A stretch of 64,000 nucleotides of DNA from Sedimentisphaerales bacterium (GCA_963708075.1 OY970194.1:1920001-1984000); one strand, 5' to 3'. Counted from the stretch's first letter, positions 1-9,396 are shown. The notes: generated by a model from the sequence alone, not told the origin. Made by a program: numbers and translations.

Positions 1-2
1 CA

Positions 3-11
3 TGGTATAAT
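3..11 (+). promoter_or_regulatory. extended -10 promoter element (TGnTATAAT) upstream of first arsR
   Basis: TGGTATAAT at 3-11, just upstream of the ArsR ORF; any -35 lies outside the window. Confidence 0.5.
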
Positions 12-43
12 GGCATACTTGCGTGCCTTTGAGGAATCGTTCG

Positions 44-334
44 ATGAATGCATCTGCAAATCTCTTGAGGTCCCTGGCTGCGATCAGACGCATCCAGATC
101 CTGGATGCATTGAGAGACGGCTCCAAGAACGTTGGTCAGTTAGTGGCGCGTGATCTTGGGTGTCAGGCCGCTGTATCAACGCATCTGCAAGTCCTGCGTA
201 GCTGTGGATTGGTCAACCGTGAAAAGGATGGCCAACAAGCAGTCTACAGCATCTCTCCGGCTGTGAAACAACTGTGCGTCGAGTTGGATGCCGTCGCCAG
301 GTGCGCCCTTGCGAGACAATTGAGCCAACAGTAG
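44..334 (+). CDS. ArsR/SmtB family transcriptional regulator
   Basis: LRSLA..RRIQILDAL..GSKNVGQL...QAAVSTHLQVLRSCGLV..EKDGQQAVYSI winged-HTH pattern; start is ATG 44 or GTG 23. Confidence 0.85.
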   Translation: MNASANLLRSLAAIRRIQILDALRDGSKNVGQLVARDLGCQAAVSTHLQVLRSCGLVNREKDGQQAVYSISPAVKQLCVELDAVARCALARQLSQQ

Positions 335-428
335 TGGAAGGCAAGCCACAATATGAATGGGACAGACAAGTGGAAGAACCTGGCAGGTGACGCAAGCAGT
401 ATCGCGGGAATAGTCAACGGGTAACACT

Positions 429-720
429 GTGGCTGAGTTTTGCATAGGGACGTTTGCGAATCGTGCCGAGTTTGAGAAGGCCAGGACCGTCCTGGACAGT
501 GTGTCCCTGCCCTATCAACTCATCTCGCCGGAGCCGGTCTTCCGGCATGTGGGCGTTCCTTCGCTCGTTCTGGAGGAAGATATCCACCGACATCAACGCG
601 ATTATGAGCTTTGGCGTAATGGTGACACCGGCCTTGGCCGTGGATGGCCAGGTGAAGACCGTCGGCAAGGTGCCCTCGCCGGATGAAATCAAGACGATGT
701 TAGCAGGCCAGCAGGAGTAA
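429..720 (+). pseudogene. chimeric remnant: unknown N-terminus joined out of frame to the C-terminal half of a small redox-active disulfide (MTH895-type thioredoxin) protein
   Basis: 585-720 encodes TDINAIMSFGVMVTPALAVDGQVKTVGKVPSPDEIKTML, a close paralogue of the 2218-2451 protein but lacking its CxxC half; 429-~583 is unrelated and in another frame. Confidence 0.65.
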
Positions 721-726
721 CGGTTC

Positions 727-2204
727 ATGGATGTAGTGGATTTGTTGATGAGACTGCTTCAAGGAGGGCTCGGCAACCTGGCTGCCTATCTGGCCGCGCA
801 CGTTCTGCTGTGCCTGGTGCCCGCCTTCTTTATCGCAGGTGCCATGACGGCTCTGATTCCCAAGAACACGGTGACCCATTTCCTGGGCGCACCACCCCCA
901 AGTACCAGTCCTACCCTGCGGCGGCACTGGCTGGGTCCGTACTGGCCGTCTGCTCGTGTACCATCGTCCCTATCTTTGCAGGGATCTACAAGAAGGGCGC
1001 CGGCATAGGACCAGCGATCACCTTTTTGTTCTTTGCACCGGCGGCGAATATCCTCGCCCTGGTGTACACCGGCGGGATCATTGGACCCGATCTGGCATTT
1101 GCGCGGCTGTTTCTGTCCCTGGCCTTCGGTATTGGCATCGGCATGATCATGGCCCTGATCTTCAGCCGGGAGGATGCTACCCATGACGAGACGACGGGCG
1201 CCATGTTCGCTGGAGAGGGCCACATGCACCGCGCGGCGATGTTTCTGCTGCTGGTGCTCGTGGTACTGCTATTGTCCGGCACTCTCAAGATTGGCCTGCT
1301 GACCGGCACCTATGGCCAAGTTACTGTGCCCATTCCCGGAACGGACCGCCTTGAGGCCGCTTTGCAGCGTCTGGTGCCCTTTGACGCCAGTAAGGGCGAG
1401 GAGGGGGTGACCGTCCAAGGAGCATTCCTGCTGGTCCTGCTGGTCCTGATTGGCATCACGGCATGGAAAGGTCTGGAAGACGTCTCGGAACGGTTCATCG
1501 GTTGGACTTGGGCGGCACTGGGGTTGGTCCTGCTGACACTGATCACGGCCTCCGTCGGGATGAAACCCCATGAGGGCGGACTGGACATCCAACTCACCGG
1601 CAAGTCGGTGGGCGTGGTACTGAGTCTTGCGGTCCTCTTTTACCTGGCTCGCTATCGGCTCCAGAGAGAGCAACTGCGGGAATGGCTTGCAGAGTCCTGG
1701 CGGTTCGTCAAGCAGATCTTCCCGCTGCTGGTCGTGGGCGTATTTGCCGTCGGTGTCATCCGGCAGATCATCCGGCCGGAGTGGATCGAGTCCCTCGCGG
1801 GACGCAATTCCCTGCTCGGGAATGTGGCTGGCGTGGTATTCGGCGTGTTCATGTACTTCCCCACACTGGTCGAGGTGCCCGTGGCCAACATGTTTTTGAG
1901 CCTGGGCATGCACCGAGGTCCGTTGCTCGCCTACTTGATGGCCGACCCCGAACTGAGCCTGCAGAGCATCCTTATCGTCTCAGCGATCATTGGGCGGCTC
2001 AAGACATGGACCTACGTCGGATGGGTCGCCGTGTTCAGCACGCTGGCGGGCCTGATCTACGGGGCCTGGGTAGATGGTGCGCATGTCGGGATGATCGTCT
2101 TATATCTGACGCTGTCACTGGGTGCTCTGGCGTCTGGATTGTATCTGATCGGCAAACGAGTTCGTCGCGAGATGATTCCATTGCCCAGTAAAGTCGAGAA
2201 CTAG
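727..2204 (+). CDS. arsP: ArsP/DUF318 family permease (organoarsenical efflux type); single-base frameshift at ~888
   Basis: 727 frame gives AAHVLLCLVPAFFIAGA, 810 frame gives SVLAVCSCTIVPIF..GAGIGPA.TFL and FMYFPTLVEVP..GP.LA.L...PELSL; many TM segments. Confidence 0.8.
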
Positions 2205-2217
2205 GAGTCCATGCCGT

Positions 2218-2451
2218 ATGAAGACACTGCAAATCCTGGGCACGGGATGCCCGAAGTGCAAGAAGCTGGCAGAGAACGCACAAGCCGCCACCAAGGAGGC
2301 GGACATCGAGTGCCAGATTGTCAAGGTGACCGATATCAATGAGATCATGAAGTTCGGTGTGATGATTACTCCGGCGCTGGTGATTGATGGCCAGGTCAAG
2401 GTCGTCGGCAAGGTGCCCTCGCCGGATGAGATCAAGAAAATGCTGGCATAA
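2218..2451 (+). CDS. small redox-active disulfide protein (MTH895/thioredoxin_3 family)
   Basis: ILGTGCPKC..L and FGVMITPALVIDG; family typical of arsP neighbourhoods. Confidence 0.9.
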   Translation: MKTLQILGTGCPKCKKLAENAQAATKEADIECQIVKVTDINEIMKFGVMITPALVIDGQVKVVGKVPSPDEIKKMLA

Positions 2452-2484
2452 GCAGTGCCGGACAAGAGGCAGAAAGGACAAGAG

Positions 2485-2862
2485 ATGAGCAATCAGCAAT
2501 CCTGTGGGTGCAGTGGTGGACCGAAACTGATCTTTGCGTGCAGCGGTGCCGCGGATGTAGGGGAAATTGCCGACAGGGCCGCAAGGAAGTTGACCCGCGA
2601 CGGGGTGGGCCGTATGTTCTGTACAGTCGGACTTGGCGGGCGGATCAGCGGCATTCTCAAGACCACGGAAGCGGCTGATAGCGTTCTTGCCATTGACGGC
2701 TGTCCGCTGAACTGTGTCAAGTCCAGCCTGGAGCAGGCGGGGTTCACGGCCTTTAAGCATCTGCAACTGGCCGACCTGGGGCTGGAGAAATGCAAGAGCC
2801 CGGCGACGGACGAGAGCGTCAGCAAAGTGGCGGCACGGGCGGCAGAAATGATCGGCTCATAG
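2485..2862 (+). CDS. DGC-domain putative zinc-binding protein
   Basis: ACSGAADVG, MFC and AIDGCPLNC motifs. Confidence 0.85.
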   Translation: MSNQQSCGCSGGPKLIFACSGAADVGEIADRAARKLTRDGVGRMFCTVGLGGRISGILKTTEAADSVLAIDGCPLNCVKSSLEQAGFTAFKHLQLADLGLEKCKSPATDESVSKVAARAAEMIGS

Positions 2863-2874
2863 AAAGGGTCGCGC

Positions 2875-3369
2875 ATGACCATTCGATGCTTTCTCATGCT
2901 GGCAGCGTGCCTGTCCTGTCTGGGCTGTCGGGCAGTAGACCCCTCAAATCCCAAAGCTCCTGCCCCATCGTCAGCGGGAGATCCGCCAGTGACGCAGGCT
3001 CAGGTGCAATCTCCTGCCGGCCCTACCGTGGTGTACGCCTATTATTTCCACCGAACCTTTCGCTGCGTTTCGTGTCTTTCGATGGAGGAGATGGCCGCTC
3101 GCACGATTGAGGAGCACTTCGCTCGGCAGGTACGGAACGGGCAGGTGGTTTGGACAACCATAAACATCGAAGACCCGGCGACTGCGCCTCTCCGGCAGCA
3201 GCTCGATGTACGAAGCAACGGACTGGTGCTGGTCCGGATGGAAGACGGTGTATACAAGGGCTCGAAGCCACTGGATTCACTGTGGGGACTTCTGGACCGG
3301 CCGGAGGCTTTCTCAAAGTACGTGGTCGATGAGGTCAATGCGTTCCTGGTCGCGGGGAACAAGAGGTGA
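2875..3369 (+). CDS. exported thioredoxin-like protein, ArsF (nitroreductase subunit)-like family, probable lipoprotein
   Basis: signal with LGC lipobox-like site; VYAYYFHRTFRCVSC motif. Confidence 0.7.
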   Translation: MTIRCFLMLAACLSCLGCRAVDPSNPKAPAPSSAGDPPVTQAQVQSPAGPTVVYAYYFHRTFRCVSCLSMEEMAARTIEEHFARQVRNGQVVWTTINIEDPATAPLRQQLDVRSNGLVLVRMEDGVYKGSKPLDSLWGLLDRPEAFSKYVVDEVNAFLVAGNKR

Positions 3370-3496
3370 GACCATGATGCTTGCACAGTATTGCAGGTGT
3401 AGTCCGGCGAATATCGCGCTTCTGCTGACTACTGCGGTAGGAATGTGGTGCATCTTCGTGTGGGTCCCTTCGGTATTGAGATCAAAAGGAGATCGT

Positions 3497-4783
3497 ATGA
3501 CTAAGGCGTTGAAGATCGTGGTGGTCGCGGCTCTGATCCTATCCGTGGCAGCCATCGTGCAGATCAAGCAGCGGGGCAAGCAGACAGATGCCGTGCAGGG
3601 CCTAGCCACACCAGCCGTCGCCGCTGAACCAACGGCCTCGGGCCTGCCTCGCCTGGTGGACCTGGGTGCGGATAAATGTATCCCATGCAAGATGATGGCC
3701 CCAGTCCTCGAAGAACTGAGGGAGCAATACAAAGGCCGGCTGGACGTGGTCTTTCTGGATGTGTGGAAGAATCCCAACGTCAGCAAGCAGTACGGCATCC
3801 AGGTGATCCCGACACAGATCTTTTATGACGCCACGGGCAAAGAGCGGTTCCGGCATGAGGGTTTCTTCTCGAAGGACGACATCTTGGCCAAGTGGAGAGA
3901 GCTTGGTGTCGATCTATCGAGCGGCGCTGCGCAGACACCGGCGTTCGAGCAGCTCACACCTGCCAAGCCTGACGAACGCCCGAAGGAAAGCATCTGCTAC
4001 ATGTGTGACGGCGGCATGAATCCGAGGACTCTCGTGACCGTTCAGACGGATAAAGGTCCAGTCAGATTGTGCAGCCCCCACTGCTACTGGATCATGTATT
4101 CCTGCCTCACCGAGGACAAGACCGGTTTCGAGAAGAAAGTCACGGTCACTGACTGGGTCACAGGCAAGCCAATTCCGCTTTCCGAAGCCGCCTTTCTGTA
4201 CGGTGAGGACGAAGCGACAGGCAAGCCGTGGATCAAGGCTTTTGCCGGCCGGGATGCCGCCGTCGCGGAGCGAGCCGCCAGTGGCGGCAGTGTCCTGGCC
4301 CTTGCCGCACTCCAGGAGAAGGAATTGTCGCATCGCTGCGGGTTCTGTGAGCGTGCGTGCTATCCGCAAGATGCCTCTGAAGTGATCGTTGAAGGCGGGG
4401 TGCATACCTGGGGTTGCTGCTCCCACTGCGCCTTGGGCGTGGCCGCTCGGACCGGCAAGAATATCGAGGTACGTGAAAAGGACCGCCTGACAAAGCAGGC
4501 GATTGTGGTCAAGACGCTCGATGGCAAAGTCGCCTCGCTGGAACCGGCCACAGCGGTCGCATGGTTCGGCCAACGAAGAAAGCCCGACGGCGCCTGGGCA
4601 TCCGCCGGGTGCTTCCACCAGGGCTTCTTCACCGGCGTAGACAATCTCAAGAAGTGGGTCGAGCTGAACCCCTACGAGACGGGCCGGCTCATCAGTATCA
4701 GCCAGGCGCTGGCCGACAAGATGAAACTGTCGCCTGAGCAAATCCAGAAGGCATGCAAGATCGGCGAATGTGCACCAAAGTAA
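3497..4783 (+). CDS. membrane-anchored thioredoxin fused to a NosL-like and a MerB (organomercurial lyase)-like domain
   Basis: TM anchor; DLGADKCIPC thioredoxin; CYMC..CSPHC..VTDWVTGK NosL-like domain; WGCCSHCAL..LEPATAVAW..GCFHQGFF..WVELNP..GRLISISQA MerB-like domain; RBS AGGAG before ATG 3497, alternative in-frame ATG at 3374. Confidence 0.7.
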   Translation: MTKALKIVVVAALILSVAAIVQIKQRGKQTDAVQGLATPAVAAEPTASGLPRLVDLGADKCIPCKMMAPVLEELREQYKGRLDVVFLDVWKNPNVSKQYGIQVIPTQIFYDATGKERFRHEGFFSKDDILAKWRELGVDLSSGAAQTPAFEQLTPAKPDERPKESICYMCDGGMNPRTLVTVQTDKGPVRLCSPHCYWIMYSCLTEDKTGFEKKVTVTDWVTGKPIPLSEAAFLYGEDEATGKPWIKAFAGRDAAVAERAASGGSVLALAALQEKELSHRCGFCERACYPQDASEVIVEGGVHTWGCCSHCALGVAARTGKNIEVREKDRLTKQAIVVKTLDGKVASLEPATAVAWFGQRRKPDGAWASAGCFHQGFFTGVDNLKKWVELNPYETGRLISISQALADKMKLSPEQIQKACKIGECAPK

Positions 4784-4789
4784 CCGCAT

Positions 4790-5767
4790 ATGGATTCGTA
4801 TATGAAGGGTACAACCATGATGACAAGAAGCGTTCTTCCAACAATCATCGTGCTGTTCGGAATATCCACCCTTCCTGTTTGGGCGAATGAATCGCCGGCG
4901 GCGCCAGTCGATGTCCAGGAGAAGCCGTCCCTGGTCCGGGATGTCTATCCGGGTCTGGCGTCAAACAGTCTGACTTACGCGACGCTGTCCGACCTGCCCT
5001 CTGGGGTGCTCCTGAAGGCCGAGGGTGTCACTGTCACAGACAAAGATGTCACTGACCAGATCGCGAAAGTGCCGCAGGAGATGCAGGCCCAACTCAAGAA
5101 AAACGCCTTTTTCATGCTGGAGAACCTGGCGACACGTCAGCTCCTGATCGCTCTGGCCAAGGCGAAGATACCTGAGCCAAACGCTACGGCCTCTTCTGAC
5201 GAGAAGCAGATGATCCAGACGTACCTCAAGGGGCTGGTCGCCAACGTGCAGGCCAGTGACGCGGAAGTGACCAGGTTCTACGAGGAGAACAAGGACGCCT
5301 GCGGCGGCGCAACCCTGGACCAGGTGAAGGACCAGTTGAAACAGCTCGTCGTCCAGCAGAAACAACAGGACCTCGTGGATGAGCACGTCCGCACGCTGGG
5401 GCAGCGCATATCCATCGAGATTTCCGCATCCTGGACGAAGGAACAGGCGGTGCTGGCCAAAGACAATCCCGTGGACAAGGCCCGGTCCAGCGGCAAGCCC
5501 TCGCTGGTGGATTTCGGCTCCACCGGTTGCCGGCCGTGTGACATGCTTGCTCCAATCCTGGAGACGCTGCAGACGAAATACGCCGGCAAGGTGAACGTGC
5601 TATTCATTCACGTCGGCCAGGAGCAGATCCTGGCCGCCAGGTACGGCATCCAGACAATCCCGACGCAGTTCTTCTACGATAAGGACGGCAAGGAGACATT
5701 CCGTCACGTCGGGTTCTGGCCGCAGGCCGAGATTGAAAAGAAGCTGGCGGAAATGGGGGTCAAATAG
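4790..5767 (+). CDS. exported protein with SurA/PPIase-chaperone-like helical N-domain and C-terminal thioredoxin
   Basis: signal peptide ending VWA; VDFGSTGCRPC and YGIQTIPTQFFYDKDGKE..RHVGF; start may be ATG 4817. Confidence 0.75.
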   Translation: MDSYMKGTTMMTRSVLPTIIVLFGISTLPVWANESPAAPVDVQEKPSLVRDVYPGLASNSLTYATLSDLPSGVLLKAEGVTVTDKDVTDQIAKVPQEMQAQLKKNAFFMLENLATRQLLIALAKAKIPEPNATASSDEKQMIQTYLKGLVANVQASDAEVTRFYEENKDACGGATLDQVKDQLKQLVVQQKQQDLVDEHVRTLGQRISIEISASWTKEQAVLAKDNPVDKARSSGKPSLVDFGSTGCRPCDMLAPILETLQTKYAGKVNVLFIHVGQEQILAARYGIQTIPTQFFYDKDGKETFRHVGFWPQAEIEKKLAEMGVK

Positions 5768-5770
5768 GCC

Positions 5771-6469
5771 GTGGAAAAGCTGTTCACAACGTTGACGCAC
5801 GCCGTCGAGGGCACGCCGGCAATTGCCCTGACGGCTGCCTTCGTATGGGGCATTCTCAGCATTCTGCTGAGTCCGTGTCACCTGTCCAGCATCCCGCTGA
5901 TTGTCGGATTCATTGACAAACAGGGCCAGATGTCCACGAAGCGGACGTTCGCCATTTCCGCGCTCTTTGCGGGCGGGATCCTGATTACGATTGCGGCCGT
6001 GGGCGCTGTCACGGCCGCCGCCGGCCGGATGATGGGCGATGTCGGACGCTACGGCAATTACTTCGTTGCCGCTATCTTCTTTCTCGTGGGCCTGTACCTG
6101 CTGGACATCATCACTTTGCCCTGGTCAGGTCCGGGCCAGATCGGCATGAAGCGAAAGGGTATGCTGGCCGCGTTCGTCCTCGGCCTGGTCTTCGGTATTG
6201 CCATCGGCCCCTGCACATTCGCCTACATGGCCCCGATGCTCGCTGTCACGTTCCGCGTGGCCTCGACCGCCCTGGCCTACGGGATCGCCCTGCTCGTCGC
6301 CTACGGCGTTGGCCATTGCTCGGTCATTGTCGTCGCCGGCACCAGCACGGGATGGGTGCAACGCTATCTCAACTGGAATGAGAAATCCAAAGGGGCTGTC
6401 ATTCTCAAGAGAATCTGCGGCGTCCTGGTCCTGCTCGCCGGCCTGTATCTGATCTACATCGCGCCTTAA
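5771..6469 (+). CDS. ccdA: CcdA/DsbD-type transmembrane disulfide reductase
   Basis: ILSILLSPCHL and IGPCTF Pro-Cys motifs; about 6 TM helices. Confidence 0.85.
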   Translation: MEKLFTTLTHAVEGTPAIALTAAFVWGILSILLSPCHLSSIPLIVGFIDKQGQMSTKRTFAISALFAGGILITIAAVGAVTAAAGRMMGDVGRYGNYFVAAIFFLVGLYLLDIITLPWSGPGQIGMKRKGMLAAFVLGLVFGIAIGPCTFAYMAPMLAVTFRVASTALAYGIALLVAYGVGHCSVIVVAGTSTGWVQRYLNWNEKSKGAVILKRICGVLVLLAGLYLIYIAP

Positions 6470-6523
6470 AGGGCCTTTTGCGATAACCCAAGCAATCCAG
6501 ACATCAGCAAAGGACGTTCGAGA

Positions 6524-6819
6524 ATGAATCGAAGGGAATTCCTGACAACCACACTGGCAGCGGGCACAACGGGATCGTCGCCGTCGGTGCCGCCCGCAAC
6601 GGCGGCCAGGAGCTGGCGATTCGATCCGTACAGGCAGCGCTGCTGTGCCAGGAGATGATCATCGTCGGCGACGGTCAGCCCACGGCCCATTTCGGAGCCA
6701 CGCTGGTCAACGATGGCAAGGACAGTATCGCGGGCGACGAAGTCGGCGTTTCCACAGCCAAGAACCTCGGCCGGCACATTGCCGAAGTCGCTCTCAAGCC
6801 GGCGCGGACTGGCGGTTGA
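6524..6819 (+). pseudogene. internally deleted Tat-exported flavodoxin/iron-sulfur flavoprotein (Isf-like) remnant
   Basis: MNRREFLTTTLAAG at 6524 is joined out of frame at ~6571 to GIVAVGAARNGGQE..QEMIIVGDG..AHFGATL..TAKNLGRHIAE, the C-terminal half of this family; not in the ORF track. Confidence 0.65.
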
Positions 6820-6839
6820 CTGTGAATGAATTTTTGCCA

Positions 6840-6868
6840 TTGACATAGGACTCCTGCTTCAGTATAAT
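6840..6868 (+). promoter_or_regulatory. consensus sigma70 promoter of the arsR-arsC-hgcAB operon
   Basis: TTGACA (6840-6845), 17 bp, TATAAT (6863-6868). Confidence 0.9.
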
Positions 6869-6883
6869 TCGTCAAATGGCGAA
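6868..6883. promoter_or_regulatory. putative ArsR operator palindrome
   Basis: TTCGTCA-AA-TGGCGAA, a 7-bp inverted repeat with one mismatch, over the predicted transcription start. Confidence 0.7.
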
Positions 6884-6892
6884 ATATAAGGG

Positions 6893-7264
6893 ATGCCTAT
6901 GCGTGAAATTCTCGACGTAACCAAGGCTCTGGCGGATGGAAACCGGCTCCGCGTGCTGATGGCACTGGCGGGCGGCGAGTTGTGCGTCTGTCAGATCGTG
7001 GAGTTGCTGCACTTGGCCCCTTCGACAACATCCAAGCACATGTCTATCCTGCGACAGGCTCGGCTGGTGGAAAGCCGCAAGGACGGCCGCTGGATGTACT
7101 ACCGGCTGCCGGATCGTGATGCCCCGAAGGCGGTCAAAGGCGCCGTGGCATGGGTGCGGCGCCATCTCGCCGAATCGCCCCGGATCGTGCAGGACCGGAA
7201 AGAGCTTAAGAGAATTCTCAGCATGGACCCGGAGGAAATATGCAAGGGACAGTGCAAAAGATGA
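6893..7264 (+). CDS. arsR: ArsR arsenite-responsive repressor
   Basis: KALAD.NRLR, ELCVC As(III)-binding motif, SKHMSILRQARLVESRKDGRWMYY; C-terminal CKGQC. Confidence 0.93.
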   Translation: MPMREILDVTKALADGNRLRVLMALAGGELCVCQIVELLHLAPSTTSKHMSILRQARLVESRKDGRWMYYRLPDRDAPKAVKGAVAWVRRHLAESPRIVQDRKELKRILSMDPEEICKGQCKR

Positions 7265-7692
7265 AGGTGCTGTTCCTGTGCACGGGCAACTCCTGCCGGA
7301 GCCAGATGGCCGAGGGCTGGGCCCGGCAGCTCAAGGGCGACGTGATTGAGCCCTATTCGGCCGGCGTCGAGCCGCACGGCCTCGATCCCAAGGCCGTCCA
7401 GGTCATGGCTGAGGCCGGCGTGGACATTTCACGCCAGCATGCCAAGCACGTTGACGAGGTCATGGACGTTCCATTCGACTATGTCGTGACCGTCTGCGAT
7501 GACGCACACGAGCGATGCCCGTTTTTTCCGGGCAACGCCAGGATTGTGCATGTCAGTTTCGAAGACCCGCCCCAATTGGTCAAAGCGGCAAAAAGTGATG
7601 AAGAGGCCTTGAACGCCTATCGACGCGTCAGAGACGAGATCAAGGCGTTCGTAGAAACCCTGCCGGAGGGGTTGTCGGAGTCGAAGCACTGA
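7261..7692 (+). CDS. arsC: thioredoxin-coupled arsenate reductase (LMW-PTPase fold)
   Basis: CTGNSCRSQMAEG P-loop, VTVCDDAHERCP, EDP; ATGA overlap with arsR. Confidence 0.93.
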   Translation: MKVLFLCTGNSCRSQMAEGWARQLKGDVIEPYSAGVEPHGLDPKAVQVMAEAGVDISRQHAKHVDEVMDVPFDYVVTVCDDAHERCPFFPGNARIVHVSFEDPPQLVKAAKSDEEALNAYRRVRDEIKAFVETLPEGLSESKH

Positions 7693-7723
7693 GCTGAGTG
7701 GAAAACAAGCACGAGGATTAGAA

Positions 7724-8719
7724 GTGGAATCATCCATAGGCACCGTCAGTACAATTTGGACTTGGGCGGATCGGCTGGGAGCCGTAGCAGTTCGCTGCAA
7801 CATTGGCCGGATGCACTACAGCATTGCGCCGGGTCTGTATGCTGTGAACGAACCGGGGCCGGATGCTCCCGTGTTTGTTTCGGCAAACTACAAGCTCTCG
7901 TTTGGCCATCTCCGCCGTGCCCTCAACGGCATTTCCGGATGGATACTCGTGCTCGACACCAAGGGGATCAATGTCTGGTGCGCCGCTGGCAAGGGGACCT
8001 TTGGCACGGTCGAGCTGGTGCAGCGAATTGGGGCCGTGAACCTGGCCAAACGGGTCTCTCATCGAACTGTCATTGTCCCTCAGTTGGGTGCTCCTGGGGT
8101 GGCAGCGCACGAGGTGCACAGGCAGACCGGCTTTCGGGTGGTGTATGGTCCTGTTCGGGCTAAGGACATTCCGGGATTCCTGCGTGGTGGGATGAAAGCG
8201 GATGCCGACATGCGGAGGGTGCAGTTCCGGCTCGCTGACCGCCTCGCGGTCGCCCCCGTGGAATTGATCCTCTCAGCCAAGCATGCGTCGATCGTGGCGG
8301 CCGCTTTCGCAGTTTTGGCCGGGTGGCGCGGCGGCGGCTGGGCCTGGGAGACCTTCCAAACACAAGGAGCGGTCGCAGCCGCATCGGTCCTGGGAGGATA
8401 TATCTTCGCCGGAATCGCTGTTCCCGGCTTGCTGCCCTGGCTCCCCGGGCGGGCTTTCAGCATCAAAGGGGCGTTTGGGGGCCTGCTGGCGTGGCTATTG
8501 CTCTGGGCACTGGGACCGTACACGCAGGCTATTGATCTGGCGGCCTGGCTGATCCTGCTGTGTACGATGGCGTCTTTCATGGGATTGAATTTCACCGGTG
8601 CCTCGACCTATACGTCGCTATCCGGCGTCAAGAAAGAGACGCGTATCGCCATCCCGATAATGGTCGTCGGCCTGTTGGCCGCTCTGGGTCTGTGGATACG
8701 GGCGTGTGGCATCCTTTGA
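7724..8719 (+). CDS. hgcA: mercury methylation corrinoid protein HgcA
   Basis: diagnostic cap-helix motif GINVWCAAGKGTFG; ANYKLSF, PQLGAPGVAAH, GPVRAKDI; C-terminal TM helices ending LNFTGASTYTSLSGVKKE. Confidence 0.96.
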   Translation: MESSIGTVSTIWTWADRLGAVAVRCNIGRMHYSIAPGLYAVNEPGPDAPVFVSANYKLSFGHLRRALNGISGWILVLDTKGINVWCAAGKGTFGTVELVQRIGAVNLAKRVSHRTVIVPQLGAPGVAAHEVHRQTGFRVVYGPVRAKDIPGFLRGGMKADADMRRVQFRLADRLAVAPVELILSAKHASIVAAAFAVLAGWRGGGWAWETFQTQGAVAAASVLGGYIFAGIAVPGLLPWLPGRAFSIKGAFGGLLAWLLLWALGPYTQAIDLAAWLILLCTMASFMGLNFTGASTYTSLSGVKKETRIAIPIMVVGLLAALGLWIRACGIL

Positions 8720-8729
8720 GAGGTGGAAC

Positions 8730-9029
8730 ATGAGCATGTACTTGAAGAATGTGGTGACTCTTGGGCTTGACGCGGACAAATGCATCGGCTGCGGCATGTG
8801 CGCCCAGGTATGCCCGCACGCTGTCTTTGCCATCCATGAGGGCAAGGCCCGGATTGGAGATCGGGATGCCTGTATGGAGTGCGGGGCCTGCGCCAAGAAT
8901 TGCCCGGTCGGAGCCATCTCCGTCCAAGCCGGCGTTGGCTGCGCCCAGGCCGTTCTTCATAGCTGGACCAAAAGCAAGGATGGCTGTTGCTGCGAGGGTG
9001 CTTCCTGCTGTGGACGGTCCGAGTCATAA
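8730..9029 (+). CDS. hgcB: mercury methylation ferredoxin HgcB
   Basis: CIGCGMC..VCPH and CMECGACAKNCP, GVGCA, Cys-rich tail; directly after hgcA. Confidence 0.96.
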   Translation: MSMYLKNVVTLGLDADKCIGCGMCAQVCPHAVFAIHEGKARIGDRDACMECGACAKNCPVGAISVQAGVGCAQAVLHSWTKSKDGCCCEGASCCGRSES

Positions 9030-9087
9030 ACGAGTTAGTAAGGGAACAACACGCGTCGAAGGTGTGAAAGCGTGCCAGGAGCAGAAA

Positions 9088-9369
9088 ATGGATGATAAGA
9101 CCAGAGAATTGATCGCCATCGGAGCGTCCATCACAGCCCATTGCCAGCCCTGTCTGACCTATCACCTGGGTAAGGCTAGGGAGCTGGGGATAGACGAACA
9201 GGAGATCCGGGAGGCCGTCGCCGTTGGCCAGAAGGTTGAGAAAGGATCCATGTCCGCGATGCGGGATTTCACACAACAGTCCCTCGATTCGCTGGCGCAG
9301 GACCCTCAGAATAATTCCGCGCCTTGTACCGGCAAGACACAGCCGAATGGAAAGAGTTGTTGTTCGTGA
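9088..9369 (+). CDS. carboxymuconolactone decarboxylase/AhpD family protein
   Basis: KTRELIAIGASITAHCQPCLTYH..KARELG..EEIREA; ends SCCS. Confidence 0.85.
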   Translation: MDDKTRELIAIGASITAHCQPCLTYHLGKARELGIDEQEIREAVAVGQKVEKGSMSAMRDFTQQSLDSLAQDPQNNSAPCTGKTQPNGKSCCS

Positions 9370-9396
9370 AAACCAATATTGAGGAAGGAGTGACCA

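Noticed and set aside
7724..8719. Annotation as CdhD/acetyl-CoA synthase corrinoid subunit
   Set aside because: NVWCAAGK motif, C-terminal TM domain and adjacent CMECGAC ferredoxin identify HgcA
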